NCBI GenBank assembly: GCA_036172245.1
Contig: JAYWIR010000020.1
Coordinates: 2,170,001 to 2,234,000 of the forward strand
Reading direction: 5' to 3'
Origin: Raillietiella orientalis
Lineage: Eukaryota
DNA length: 64,000 bases
A program made the translations under genes and the position numbers. Positions 49,951-62,160 of this stretch are shown here, in pieces; within the stretch, counting starts at the first letter, position 1; the number at the start of each line of letters is the position of its first letter. The notes below the pieces were generated by a model. The model was not told the origin of the DNA, did no database searches, and saw only the letters and a list, made by a program, of their open reading frames with translations.

Positions 49951-52849
49951 CCTCCAAGTTCCACCGGGAGGAAGGGAGGAGAGGGGGGGGAGGAGGAGAG
50001 AGACTCAGTGCGCGTGCTCGAAGGTCTTTCGCCAACGAGACGCTTTAACCGCTGCGCCGAGGTTCCCAGAACTGAGACTCTGGAAGGAATGGCGCTTTCC
50101 TTCTCCCTTCTTTTCTCTACCTCTTCCTTCTCCTCCTCCCCTTCCTCTCTCCTCCTTCTCTTCCTCCCTTCCTCCTCCTCTTTTCCTCTTCCTCCTTTCC
50201 TCTTCCCTTCCTCCTCCTCCTCCACCGTGTCCACCTAGTTGGCGGCACGCGCGAGTGAGCGCCTGAGCATCCTCCCTCTCCTCTCTCTTCAGACGAGTCC
50301 ACAGGCTTCCCCATTGGCCGCAGGGGCCACCCGCATCAGAGCGATCTCCGGCGGAAGGAGAGGACACGCTGCGGCAACCCGAGGAACCCTTTCGGAAGCT
50401 CCTGCGATTATAGGCAATTAGGGCCGGGAAGCCTGCCGTAAATACCCGACGGTAGCCGAACCGCAGTTCATTACGGAGCGGGTGGGGACGCTGCCCTTTT
50501 CCCGGACCCTCCCCCGTCCTTCACCGCACCCGGGCACCCCACGTCGCCATGCGGTGTGGCGCCCCGCTTCCAGGAAAAAGTGGGTGGTGCAAATCCGACC
50601 TGCCAGAGACGTCTCTCTTGGAAACGACTGACGAAAGGGGGGGAGGGGAGGCAGTCTGGCCGCCGCCGCCTGCCGCCTCGGCGTTCTCCCCGTCCTCCCG
50701 AACAGCTGGGGCGCGGCGGTGCGGCGGTGGCCGCAAGCGCTATTCCCTCCCCCCACCCCCGCCTCGGGAGGAGATGGTCTAATTAATACGACGCGGCGTC
50801 GCCCGGGGAGACGAGCGCCCGCGAAACCAGCGAGATTTGTCAAGGGAGGTGAGGAAGACGACGCTTATCGCCTGCGCGCATCTCGCGTGATGGCGCGCTA
50901 ATGAAGACGCGGATCTCCTGCCCCTGTTACGCGGAGGGTGGACGCGGTCCGAGAGAGCGCGCGCCGCCTCCGGGCTGGGAGCGCCCCTCCGCCGTCTCCG
51001 CGCGCGATCGCGTCAGAGGTCCCCCCTCCCGGGCGTACCTTGCGCGCACAGCCCTGTACTCAGGGGATCGGCGCGGATCTCCGGACAAGTGGCTCGTACC
51101 CCTCTCTCCATCACCATCTCACACTCCGCCCCTCGGGGGGCGACCCCACAGGCGTGGGAGCGAGGAAGGAAGGCAGCGTATGCCCCGCGTGACGACCCAT
51201 GCGCTCTCGGTGGGTGCGGCGTACGAGAGCGGTGCGCGTGCTTGCGTTCCCGCGTACCGTACGTACGAGAAGCAACACCTGGGGAAGCGTGGCCATTCAT
51301 CTTGCAGGAGTTCAGAGGCCGACAGGGATTCCTGTAAATCTCGAGAGACGCATCCCGGAAAAATCAGGAACCCATGACGAGTTCCTGTGCGTCTGGGGGG
51401 TAGGCGAGGAGCGTGCTCGGCTCGCACGCGCATCCGCGTCTCGCCACCGCCTGTGGGGATTTTCTCTCCCTCCCTCTCTCGCTCCTTAGCGTTTCCCCCT
51501 TTTTTGCCTATCTCGGCTCGACGACGGCCCTCGGCCCGGGGCGTTTCTTTCGCGACCTCCCAGATGTCTGGGAGCGGCGGGCGACGATGGCAGGCGCCAG
51601 TTCTCGGAGGAAACCGCACGGCCTCTCCAGGAAGGAGCGGCCGCCTCTGCCGGATGCCCCGAGCGCTCTGCGTGGCGCGACCGGGCATCCCTCCAGGGGG
51701 AGCGGGCCGCCGATTCATCCCCTCGGAGGTCAGCAGCGTCTCGAGAGAGCGCCGCCGCCGAAGCACGCGGGTCCCAGGGCTGTTGGTCGGCGCGACCCCG
51801 GAGTCCCGCCGGTCGGAACCACACACACACACCTGCAGTTCCCTCGCCCATCGCGCACGCACAGGCGTGTGGGAGTGCCATGCGAAACTCCCCACCACCC
51901 CTTCTCCCTGCCCTCCCCACAGCTTCCGGATCGGAAGTTGGAACCCTACTGGCCAGGAGGGACAATGCCAACGTTCCGGCAGGTCCTCTCCTCGCGCAGG
52001 AGGATACAGCAGAAGTGAGCTTCCGGAAGACGCCGGGAGACATCGAGTCCTTTCGACTTCTTGCACCCTCCGCGCTTTCTCCTTCTCTGATGGATGATCA
52101 GCCAAGTGGCGCCTTTTTTATCCAACGTTAATGTAATAATCCGGCTTTTGCCTGCTCCTCCTCCTCTCTTCCTCCTCCCTTCCTCGTCTTCCTCTTTTCC
52201 TCCTCCTCCTCCCCTGTTCTTCTTTCTCCTCCTCTTCCTCCTCTTTCTTTTCCTCCTTCCTTCTTCATCCTCCTCTCTTCCTCATTCTGCTCCTTCTCCT
52301 CATCCTCCTCATCAACAAGTAGGGCCTTCCCGACTCAACGAGTCCGCATAGATGGAGGATGAGTTGCGTTTTCTCCTCGCCTTTTATTTGTCTTCTCTTT
52401 CGGATGGAGCTCGACTGCGCGCCTCGTCTTGCTGCTCGCTCGGCTCTCTCCGCGCGCTGCTCGGCCGCGATGAAGCCGTTGCTTCGTCTTCGGCCGGCCC
52501 TGCCCTCCAGTTCGGAATGGAGCGGCAGCGCGAGCGCGCTGGAGGAGAGACAAAGAGAGAGGGGGGGAGGAGGGGGATCCGCGCGCTCCCGAGACATCTC
52601 GGATCGAATTCGCCAAGCGTGAAGCGAGATGAAAGCTGCAGCGCCGCGCATCCAGCCAGCAGCCACCGACAACAGCCGCTTCCAGGTGTTGCCTAGGTGA
52701 AAAGCCGCCTTTCGGCGGCGGTCGTCTCCAAAAGAGAGGAAGAGAAAAGGAAGGAAGGAAGGAAGAAAAATGGAGCCAGCGAGTGAACTCTGCAGCTGGT
52801 GACACCTCGGAACCACGCGAAAGCCACCCGCCACCGGGAGAAATTGCGT

Positions 52850-54370
52850 GCCGACTGGATGTCCGGGATGTCCCGCTCGAATAGCCAGCGTCCTTTCCCA
52901 GGGAAATCTGCTGCAGATGCAGAGATGGGGATGCAGATCGGGATGCAGAGCGCCGCAGAGAGCTCTTCCGCAAGATGTCGGGGAGCACCGGTCGAGTGCA
53001 GAAAGCAAAATGGCTGCCGCTGCTCTTTGGGGAGGAAACCCTTGCAAGCTGGAATTCCCGGGTGCGGGCACCTCGGGAGAGCCGCAGCTCGGGGAAAGAA
53101 GACGAGAGCAGAACTCGACTAGGAGAGAAGCCAAGCAATTCCCGGAGATCCAACGGGGTGGCGAATCGGCAGAGGAGTTTCCCGAAGTCTCCCGGCTCCC
53201 TGAAGGACACGCGAAGTGCGGAGAGCTAATTAAAGATAAAATATAGATTTTGGCTTGGGTTCCTGGAGTTTTCTCCAGAGGAAGACGCGCCAAGGGAAAA
53301 AACCGGCTCGCCACGATTGAGCCAAAAAAAAAAGAAACGTAAGGACGCAGCGTCTTTTGCATCTGCTGCCAGAGTCCACGTTGCCGGACAAAGGGACTCC
53401 TTCGGCAGAGTAACCTACTTCGTAGTGTGCCCCCCCCCCCCCGGAAGAACTCGTGGTCCATGCACGAATCCTTCCAGTGTTTCCCTTAAGGTGGGAACGG
53501 AATGTCCTGCCATTTCTGCACTGAAGATTCCAGTGCCGTGAGCGCATGCACCTGGTTTCCAGGGGAGACGCATCCCCGGTCTTTTCCAAGTGCAGCTCTT
53601 GTCGGGCTGCGGCGCCCTGGAGGACACGTGGCGGCGGCGATTTGCCTCGGCGTGGTCCGCCGCCTGGAGGACACCGCATTAGACCTGCTGCTGCGGACGC
53701 TCTTCACCCAGGGAGGGCCGACGGCAGGCGTCGTGGTCGCAGTCCGCTCCGCATGGTGGAACCCTCATCCGCAGCAAAGGGATGCCGCTCGAAGGCCCAA
53801 CCTCCTCATGAGGACGGCTGCGAGGCGGCGGCCTTGTCTACAAGAAGAGGTCGCCTGGGAAATCGCCAGTGTTCAGCACCATCTCTAGGAAGTAACGAGC
53901 AACTGAAACCAAAGACCCCCCCCCCCCATTTTTGTTTTTTTTTTTACTTCATTTATTGTCCCCTCTCTCCCGCTCCGGACTCCCTTGGAAACTGGTCCTC
54001 AAGCTGCAGGTCATCCCCAGTGAACTTCGTGGGACTTGCAGTTTGTTTAATTTTAAATCAACGTCCCGGCGTGGCCGGATACAAAAGAAGAACCGCACCA
54101 GCCTCTCGTCTGCAGATCAGGAAGCATCCGCGCTCCAGCCAAGCGAGAAACACCGCTTCCTTTTCTCTTGTAGTTTGGGAGATCTTCCCCCGTCTCTCGA
54201 GAGCGATTCTTGCATGTGCTCCTGCACGGCTGCCGGACTCCTCCTCCTTTCCTTCCTCCTCCTCCCCCTCCCTCGATTGTGCCGATTTGCAGCCGCGATC
54301 CGAGGATGCTTCCGGGTACTCGGAAGATGCTCTCGATCCGTTCCGGACGGAATCTGCTCCCGGGTGCTTT
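52850..54370 (+). mobile_element. Decayed gypsy RNaseH-end/integrase remnant
   Basis: RPFPGKSAADA ~52888 (cf. YRPGK.NADA); LLRTLFTQGG..VRSAWWN ~53690-53762 (cf. ELHEGHPG..ARSYVWWP); FRVLGRCSRSVPDG ~54310 (cf. FARFGLPEQLVSDNG). Confidence 0.45.
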
Positions 54371-55529
54371 GAAATCGGATGATCGGGACCGTCGCTACAA
54401 AGCTCCATCTACTGGGCTCAGTGGGAAGACACGGAACGATTCCTGAGAGGATGGGCTCGCACCTTGCAAGCGTGCAAACCTCCCTCCGGGTATATTGCAC
54501 ACACGGGTTCACCCATTTTGCCCCTTCCGCGTGCTCGGCAGGATGAGGTTCGATTTCCCCCCCTTCCCCCGCGCTCTACGCTCTTGGCTCCTGCAGCGAG
54601 CGGAGCACTAGCGGGAAGAGAAGTGGGGGTGCGCCTCTTCTGTGCCCGCCGCCTTCAGGAGGGAGGGAGGCTCCAAGGGCGTGTAAAAACCCGCGCGCGA
54701 GCCGGGAGAGCGGCTCTCCCAGAACGCAACGCCGGCGCTGCCCCCTCGAAACCACCGTGCTTCTCCCGTCCTCCCCAGGAAACCCGTTCTGTCCTGCGCG
54801 ACCAAAAGAGGAATCTCAGAGCAGAAAGAACGGTCCCATCTCGTGGTGGCTTCGCTTCCGAACGCTCCTTTCTCCAAGCGATGGGCCCAAGAGCAGATCG
54901 AGGTTGGCAGGGCATTTTCTCCTTCTCCTCCTCCTCCGCCTCCTCCCTCCCTCCCTCCCTTTTCTTGCCTTCGAGGAAGTGGACGTAAAGTGTGATTAAT
55001 CACTGAGAAACAATGAAATACAGGATCCTGATGCAAAAAAAAAAAAAAAAAAGGAGTGACGACCATTCACGCGATGGTTTCCGTGGGTCCGCTCCGTTGC
55101 GGGAACAAAAGGGAACGACTCCATTTAAACGTGCGGGGCGATTTTCCAGCCGCCATTCGCGCCGACGCCGAATTGCGACCGAGGTCGAGAGACATCCCCG
55201 GCGCGACGTGGACATCGGCGAGATCGAATTCAGGATCAGAGACAGCCGACGATGATTAATTCCAGACGATGACTCCTCACAAAATTCGCGAGCGCGCCTG
55301 CCTCATCTCGGATCTTCTCATCTCGAAGATTTATATTTCATTCATTGAAAAGGATAAAAAAGGAGGGGGAGGGAGGAGGAGGAAGGAAGGAAGAGGAGCA
55401 GAAGGAAGGAAGAGGAGAAGGAGGAAGGAAGAGGAGAAGGAGGAAAAGGAAACGCCCATCCAGGAAAGAGGATGAATTTCACCCTTCTTCCTCCTCCCTT
55501 CTTCCTTCTCCTCCTCCTTCTCCTGCCCG

Positions 55530-56300
55530 CGTCGGGGGCCTTGTGGTTAAGGCTTCCGCGTGTGGCAAAAAGGGTCGCGGGTTCGAATACTTCGGCAGAA
55601 ACTCTGACGCTGCTGCGTCGTCGATTGCCGAGTTTCTCCTGCAAGATGGCGCTGGTTGGCCGAGACATTCGGGCGTGGCACCGGTGGTGGTTTAAGCCGG
55701 AGACCCCCCGATGAAGGCCGGAACAATGGGAGTCGACCTTCGGGTCCTCCCAGGAATCAAGGAGTGGGGAGTTCCCCCTCCTGTCGTGCAACGAAGAGCG
55801 GACACCCATAGCGGAAGGACTCCTCCGGTTCGTTCAAGATGGAGCAGGAGCCTTCACAGGCACCTCTCCAGCTGTTCAAAGGCACAGACCCCCCCTGTTT
55901 CAACCTCCGAGTCGTCGAGTGCAAGGAAGCAAGCAAGAGCCACCCCTGAGGGATGCTGCAGCGCCCCTTCTGAGTTTCGGAAGCGTCCCTTCGGGTTCCC
56001 TTCGGAGAAGATGAAATGGGGACGACCACCCCCCTTGCAGGGGGGGTCTCCGGAGAGAAGGAAGCGTGTGATGACCGCGGAGAGAGGAGCTGTACGGACG
56101 GACGAAGAGCGCCGTGTACCGCAGGGGAGACCTGCGGCTTCTTCCAGAAAGCTCGTGAGGAGAGAGTGGAGATGCTGCTCGCTTCCCGGGCGAATCCATG
56201 GGGAAGGCAGTCCCGCGTGACGGCGGGGGCTCCCGGCAAACGCATCCGTCCCCTCCCCCCGATCAGCAAATGGAGCAGGACGGTGTTGGATGCTGAGCGA
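55530..56300 (+). mobile_element. SINE-like repeat, copy F (best tRNA-like head)
   Basis: A-box-like GGCCTTGTGGTTAAGGC ~55537 and B box GGGTTCGAATAC ~55579 with tRNA-like spacing. Body matches (ccaggaatcaaggag; gaagcgtcccttcgggtt). Confidence 0.65.
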
Positions 56301-56899
56301 CACAATATGCTGTTAAACTGATGCTTAAGCGCGCGGAACAGATTCATGTCGAAAACGGGATGGCTCCCCTCCCCCCTTTCCCTCCCGTTTCCCTCGGTTC
56401 TTATGGAGGCGTGGCCAGGGATCGCTCCGACCTTGCACGCCGCGAAGGGACCCGCCGAGCACACGCGCGCGCGCGCGCCGCCGCCAGATGTGCCGGGCAC
56501 ATGGAGCCCTTGTGCTCGGGGTCCGAAATTTCGCCTCCGGGTGCGTCCACTCTCCTCGTGCCCACGACTCTTCCTCCGCCGCGGGTCACGCCTGGTACCC
56601 GCCTTGCGGAGGCACGGAACGCGCGCCCCCTGTAGGCAGTCCCCTGGTCGTCGCAAGAGCATCCATCCAGATGCGTTTTTCCCCTCCCTCCCGCAGCACC
56701 GACTGTGGTCTGGAAACTTCCTTTGTGCGCGCCGTCCGCGCGAACGCGGGGGCGGAGTGCTCGCCGGCACGCGCAGGAGCAGCGAATTTCCCCCTCCTGG
56801 GCAAACCCCAGCAAAAGGTCCTCCCTTCCATGCAAAGACGCGTGCTCTCACGCTCATGCGAGGGGGAGAACTCGCCGCGGATGACTTCATTGCGTCGCA

Positions 56900-57450
56900 G
56901 AAGAACGCGATGTAAAACCGCAAGGACGTGATCTTCACTCTCGCGCCTCCCCTTGGGACCCCCTGCCGATTCGGTTCCAGGCCGTCGGTGGGCCAGTTCC
57001 AGTCCTTGCGGAGTCTTCCGGGCGTGAGGACCTCGCTCCCAGGGGACGAAACCAAAAGGTGCGCGCACACACACGACGTCTCTCCCTCCCGGACACGACG
57101 CGTCGGCTGGTCCGCATCGGAAGTCGATCCTCCGGAGTACTTCCGGGAATCGAGGAGGCCTTCGGGGTTCCCCCTAGGTTGTGCAAATGGAACCGTAGAA
57201 TGGAACTTTTACGTGGGTCACCTCCCCGGGGCGACAAGAAGTGCGTTTATCCCTTCGGGTATTTCCTTTCAGAGAAATTTGGAGGAGGAGCAGGAGGAAA
57301 GGAAGAAGAGGAGGGAAGGAAGAAGAGGAAGTGGAACATCCCTCATCAGGCACCTTGGAAGGCACGTACAGCATTCGCCCATCCGTTTCGGGTGACCCGA
57401 AAATCCTACTCTCGGCGGACGAGCCTTCGAGAGGCCACATTTCTAGGATG
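56900..57450 (+). mobile_element. SINE-like repeat, partial copy G
   Basis: ggaagtcgatcctcc..ccgggaatcgaggaggccttcggggtt..ggttgtgcaaatg matches copy E and the reverse complement of copies A and D. Confidence 0.55.
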
Positions 57451-58779
57451 CCAGGCAGAATCCTTTTGTCGTGCACGGCTGTCGGGATGTTTCTTAAATC
57501 ACTCGCCCGACCGTGCGGAGAAGACGGGCGCGCGAGCGCGGCCCCTGTGCAGATGGCTGAGGAGAACATTCATCTCCTGCGCTTCATGCATTTTGTATCA
57601 ATTAAAGCCCTTCCTTTCTTTGAGCGTACCACGCTCCTGACAGTCCATCTGCAAAAGAGAGCGGACCCAGAGGGTCTCCACGCGCGCTCGAGAGGCATCC
57701 CGAAGCGCAATCTCAGCCCAGCATCGCAGCATTTGTTCGATTCAATGGCCTTCCACACAGATTTAAATAGATTAACCATTCTTCCGCTTGCAGCTCGTTT
57801 TCCCTCTTAGCTGGCGGCGTGAGACCCAGCAGCTCTTCCCGAGGCAGCAGAAATTAAATTGTCGCCTATCATCAGAATCGAAATGATTCGGATGAATTGC
57901 TTTTCACGAAAGGGAATGCAAAAGATTGAATTAGCATCTTCTTTGCTTGAAGCCGTTTTTTTCTTCTTCTTCTCTCTCTGTTTTCGCCTCCTCCTTTCCT
58001 CTTCTTTTCTTTTCCTCTTTGCTTTTTTTCCTTTTTTCCTTTTCTTTTTTTTTTTTTTTAAAAAAAAGGCTTGATGAAAGAAGAGGATTGCATGTCTTCC
58101 GAAAGAAAGAACACTTCTGTTTGATTTCTGCTTATATCAGCTGCATCATCTGCATACTTAATTCATCTTGGAGGAACGAGAAAACGCAAGGATGAATTTA
58201 TTTTCCTACTAGTCTGGCAACTAACGATCCCCGTTCGGATCGCTGAGCATCCCCTGGAGACCAACCGGAAGCAGTGCTTTGTGATAAGTTGCTCAATTGG
58301 AATACCGGATCGGCGATAAAAGCAATTTCATTATTAGTATTTATTGAGATAAGGGATGATTCATTACGGCACTCTGGGGTGCGGACGCCGCGCGCGCCGG
58401 GAAAAAAGGAAATCGCGAGAATTTTCTGGAAAAGCGAAGGAGGAGCGGACTTTCACGCCCGTCCCGGCGGTCGAGGAGCGCGTTTGCGTTGCCGGACGAG
58501 TTTTTCCTGCGGATAGAGCGGGGTGAAGGGGGCAGGCCCAAGGAATCCGAGGGGGGATGTGGAGAAACGGCAGTCACTCTGGCTTATCTTCACCCTAAGG
58601 CGGACGACGGGAGCCGTCGCGCGCGCACGCTCCCGTCGCACATCCGCGGTGCTCCCGAGGCATTCGAGCTGCGCTCCCACCACGCGACCCGAAGCGCAGG
58701 CATCTCCCCTCCCCCCTTCCCTCCCTCGAAGCCCTTGGTCCCGCTCTCGGCCAAACCGACCTCTCGCCCTCTCTGGCGG

Positions 58780-59395
58780 CCGTGCGTCTGCGGTCTCTTC
58801 GCGCGCAGCACCGAGCTTCGCGGGTTCGAATCACGCCCGGGGAAGGATCGATCCCCCGATAAGTGGGGAGCGCGTCGTGGACTCGATTTCTCCGCCACAA
58901 GATGACCCCGTTGCTTTGGGTGAGGCACTGGTGGAAGCAGCAGGAAACCCCGGATGCTCCCGTTGACCGGCCGGGAGCGGAAGTCGACCCTCCAAGTCAT
59001 TCCGGAAATCGAGGAGCCCTTCAGGGTTTTCTTTCCTATAGTTCTGCAAATGAGGCCGTTCCATGGATCTTTCCTGGGGTCGCCTAGTTCTGAGGTGGAA
59101 AGAAACGCTCTGCTCCCTCCGGGGAGCGGCCCTTCAGAGAAAACGAGAAGCGCCCTTCTGGAGTTCTCTTCAAGGCTTCCTCTGAGGAGATTCGGGAACA
59201 GAGATCCCTCCCAAGAGTGACTGGAACGGACGTCCCTTCTTCCGGAGCCTTCCTGGATCCATAGGTCACCCCCCTGTAAGCGGCGACTCACTCGAAGAGT
59301 TACGCGCGCCCACGGGTGGCGTGGACAGCCTCCAAAAGGACTTCGTTAGTCCCCCCATAATGGGGAGGGAAGACACAGAACAGCACTCGTGCTTA
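58780..59395 (+). mobile_element. SINE-like repeat, copy E
   Basis: B box GGGTTCGAATC at 58822 followed by cccggggaaggatcga; ggagccttcctggatccatagg (reverse complement of the copy A motif); gtggacag and cagcact near the 3' end. Confidence 0.75.
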
Positions 59396-60803
59396 CGGCC
59401 GGGGCGTGGTGGAGAAGAAAGGGAGGTCTCTGGAGTGGAGCGTCGAGGCGGGTCGGACTGCCAGCCTCCGCAAAATGGCGCGGAGATCGGATGTGGCGTT
59501 GGCAAGGCGAGCTCGCGTCCGTCGACCAGCTGGGACTTGAGAGCGATTCGCTTCACGCGCGCGCACCCGAGGTGCGCGCGCGCTAAGCGGATGCTCGCGA
59601 ACACTCACGGAACTCTTTTGTCCCGCGGAGGAGGAAAGAGTCAGCGTCCCGCGACAGGTGAGGGAAACGTTCCACCCCGCTCCCCATCCGCAATGGCTCG
59701 CTGGAACCCCCCGGCTCGCCAAGGGACGCCAATTTGGTGTGGCGCTCGAGCCTCCGCACTCGCAGCAACTGCAGCTACCAGTCAAGGAGCGGGAAGAAGA
59801 GGGAGTAGGGTCGGACGCTGGGAGGCGCGGGAGCGAAGGGGTTAAAAGGAAACCCACGTCGGAGCGGTCGGTACGCCCCCCGTCCCTCCATGGCCTCGAG
59901 CCAGGAATCAAAAACAATCTTGGCAGCATCCTGAGGGGCCTCAGACCTTTCGGTCTCTTCACCGTGCACCTCGAGAGCTCAGAGGGGCTCAGGGCCAGCG
60001 CGCAGGGAGGGAGCGACAACCACAAAGTGAAAATACACGTCAGAAAGAGGGGCTCTTAGAGATAAGTTAGGACAAGCATTAAAGGGAAACGAAAAGGAAG
60101 AGCACCAACAACATCCGAATAAGTCATCCGATTGCCAGGAGTGCATTCTCACGGCAAGCCGGCCTCCCGTTCCATCAGCCGGGCACCGAGTTTAAATGAT
60201 GGCGACAGCGCGCCGTTAAGAGCTACTGTTTGCAGATGCAGCAACGTTCTGGTCTTCCGTGGACGTCTGAACGTTGTTTGTTCCTGGCGAGCTGCCCCGA
60301 AGACGCTGTCGAGCAAGACGGAACCTTCGGAGGATTCTCGAACATTCTGCGCGACCCCGTCGGGAGATTCGCGAAACCCTTAGAGGGTTTGCGTCTTGCA
60401 GGATCCCCTGGCTCCGAGGGGAAGAACCAAAAGCGGTATCTTCCCCCCCCCCCATCCTTGAATACATACACCACACACACACTCCGTTTGGGTGTTTGGG
60501 TGTGCGCGTGCGTGTGTGAATGCAAGGAGACGGCAAGAACACCGAAACGGGCGCCTCTCTTTTTGTTCCGCCGTGCCTTCGGCGGGGATCGCCCGCGTCC
60601 AATGGCGGGAAGCAAACCGAGAAGGGAGCGCTCGGAAAACCTGCGCGAGGGAACGCTACCTATTGGCCGCGGAGATAAGCGCAGCTCGGCTCTCATTGCG
60701 TGGCGCCCAGGACTGGCAATCATTCTAAATTATGGAACGAGATTACTCAATTGCTTTTCACGCGCCACGCGAGGGACGAGGATGCCAAGCACTCCGCAGC
60801 GGA

Positions 60804-60806
<3 letters not shown>

Positions 60807-60852
<46 letters not shown>
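60807..60852. repeat. Poly(T)46 homopolymer
   Basis: Directly visible. Confidence 0.95.
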
Positions 60853-60854
<2 letters not shown>

Positions 60855-61540
60855 GCTTTCTTTGTTTCTTTTCTTAGACTTGGGAACGTGAGGAATTTGG
60901 AAAACGATCGATAAATTGTCAGTGGACACAGCGACGATAACGTGATGATTCCCGGGTCCACTGATATCTTCCTCTCTTCCCCCGTCCCTGAAGCGTTGGA
61001 AAGGCAGGAAGGGCGTCTCCACATCCTCCCTGCCTTTCCCCACGCCACAGCAGCCCTCCTTCCTCCCGTGGAGGGAGGGAACCGACGGGGAAATAGGGAG
61101 CCCTCGATGGTGGATGCCCCCGATGGATGAGGCCGCAGTCCTGCTCTTCTGGTAAATCGGGAGCAGAAGGTGAGGTCAAAGGGTCTCCCTTTTGACGTTC
61201 CCCTGGACCTTTTTGGAGTGCATGAAGGGTCACCCACTCTTCGAGCTGCCCGCGGTGGGAGAGCGGAGCAGCAGGAGCACTCAGGAGTTTCCTCCCTGAG
61301 TCCGAAGCTGCCGGCCCTGGAAACGGGTGGTGCCCAACCGCCGGGACAGAGCTGTTCCGGGAACGCCGTCAGCACAGGAGGATTTGCGTGCGAGCTCGTC
61401 TGGAGCCGCCGGCGGCGCTGATCTTGGTGGAAGCAGTAAACACCCCAGTGAGATCCTGGAAGTCTGATGTGGAGGAGGGTACCATGACAACAGTCTCTGA
61501 GCATCAATCGTGTCTCGACCAGCTCCAAGTCCCCGGTCGC

Positions 61541-62160
61541 TTTTCTTTTTCTTCTATTTCTGGTTCGCCGAGTGCTCCCTGAGAAGCTGCTCGGCTCCTC
61601 AGGGAGAGCTGATGAAGATCTTCAGCACTGTCCCACCCACCCCAGGGTGCGTCGATCCCTTCAAGATAGGGGGCAACCCCGTAGAAACCACCCTATGAAT
61701 CCAGGAAGGCTCCAGAGGAAGGAGGTTCGTTCTTCTTAAGCATTCTAGGGGAACCCCGAAGAGAACCCTGGCTCTAGTTGTCTCCGAAGGAAACCTCTTC
61801 CTCCTCTGAAGAGAACCTCGATGGGACGCTGCCAAATTTCTCTGAAGAGTGCTTCTTACACCCTGAAGAGTCATCAGACCACCAGCTCCATGGTGCAATA
61901 TGGAGGGTCCATTTGCACAACCGGAGGGACCCCGAAGAGGTCCTTCGTTCCTGGAAGGACGGCGGAGGGTTGACTTCCAATCCCGGTCACTCAGCGGGAG
62001 CATCCGGGGTTTCTGGCTTCCACCAGAGCCGCACACCCGAAGCCAACCGAGGCCAACGAGATCACCCTGACACGTCCATTTCTTGGAGTCTGGATCCTTC
62101 CTCCGGGCAGAATTCGAACCCTCGACGCGCGCCGCCGCGCGTCGCCGACGTGGCCTTCAA
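61541..62160 (-). mobile_element. SINE-like repeat, copy D
   Basis: accctatgaatccaggaaggctcc is identical to copy A; ttgcacaaccggag is shared; B box GGGTTCGAATT ~62121-62111; T-rich tail ~61541-61560. Confidence 0.75.

Noticed and set aside
55535..55600. tRNA gene candidate
   Set aside because: A and B boxes are present, but there is no acceptor stem or clean cloverleaf, and it continues into the shared repeat body. Treated as a SINE head.
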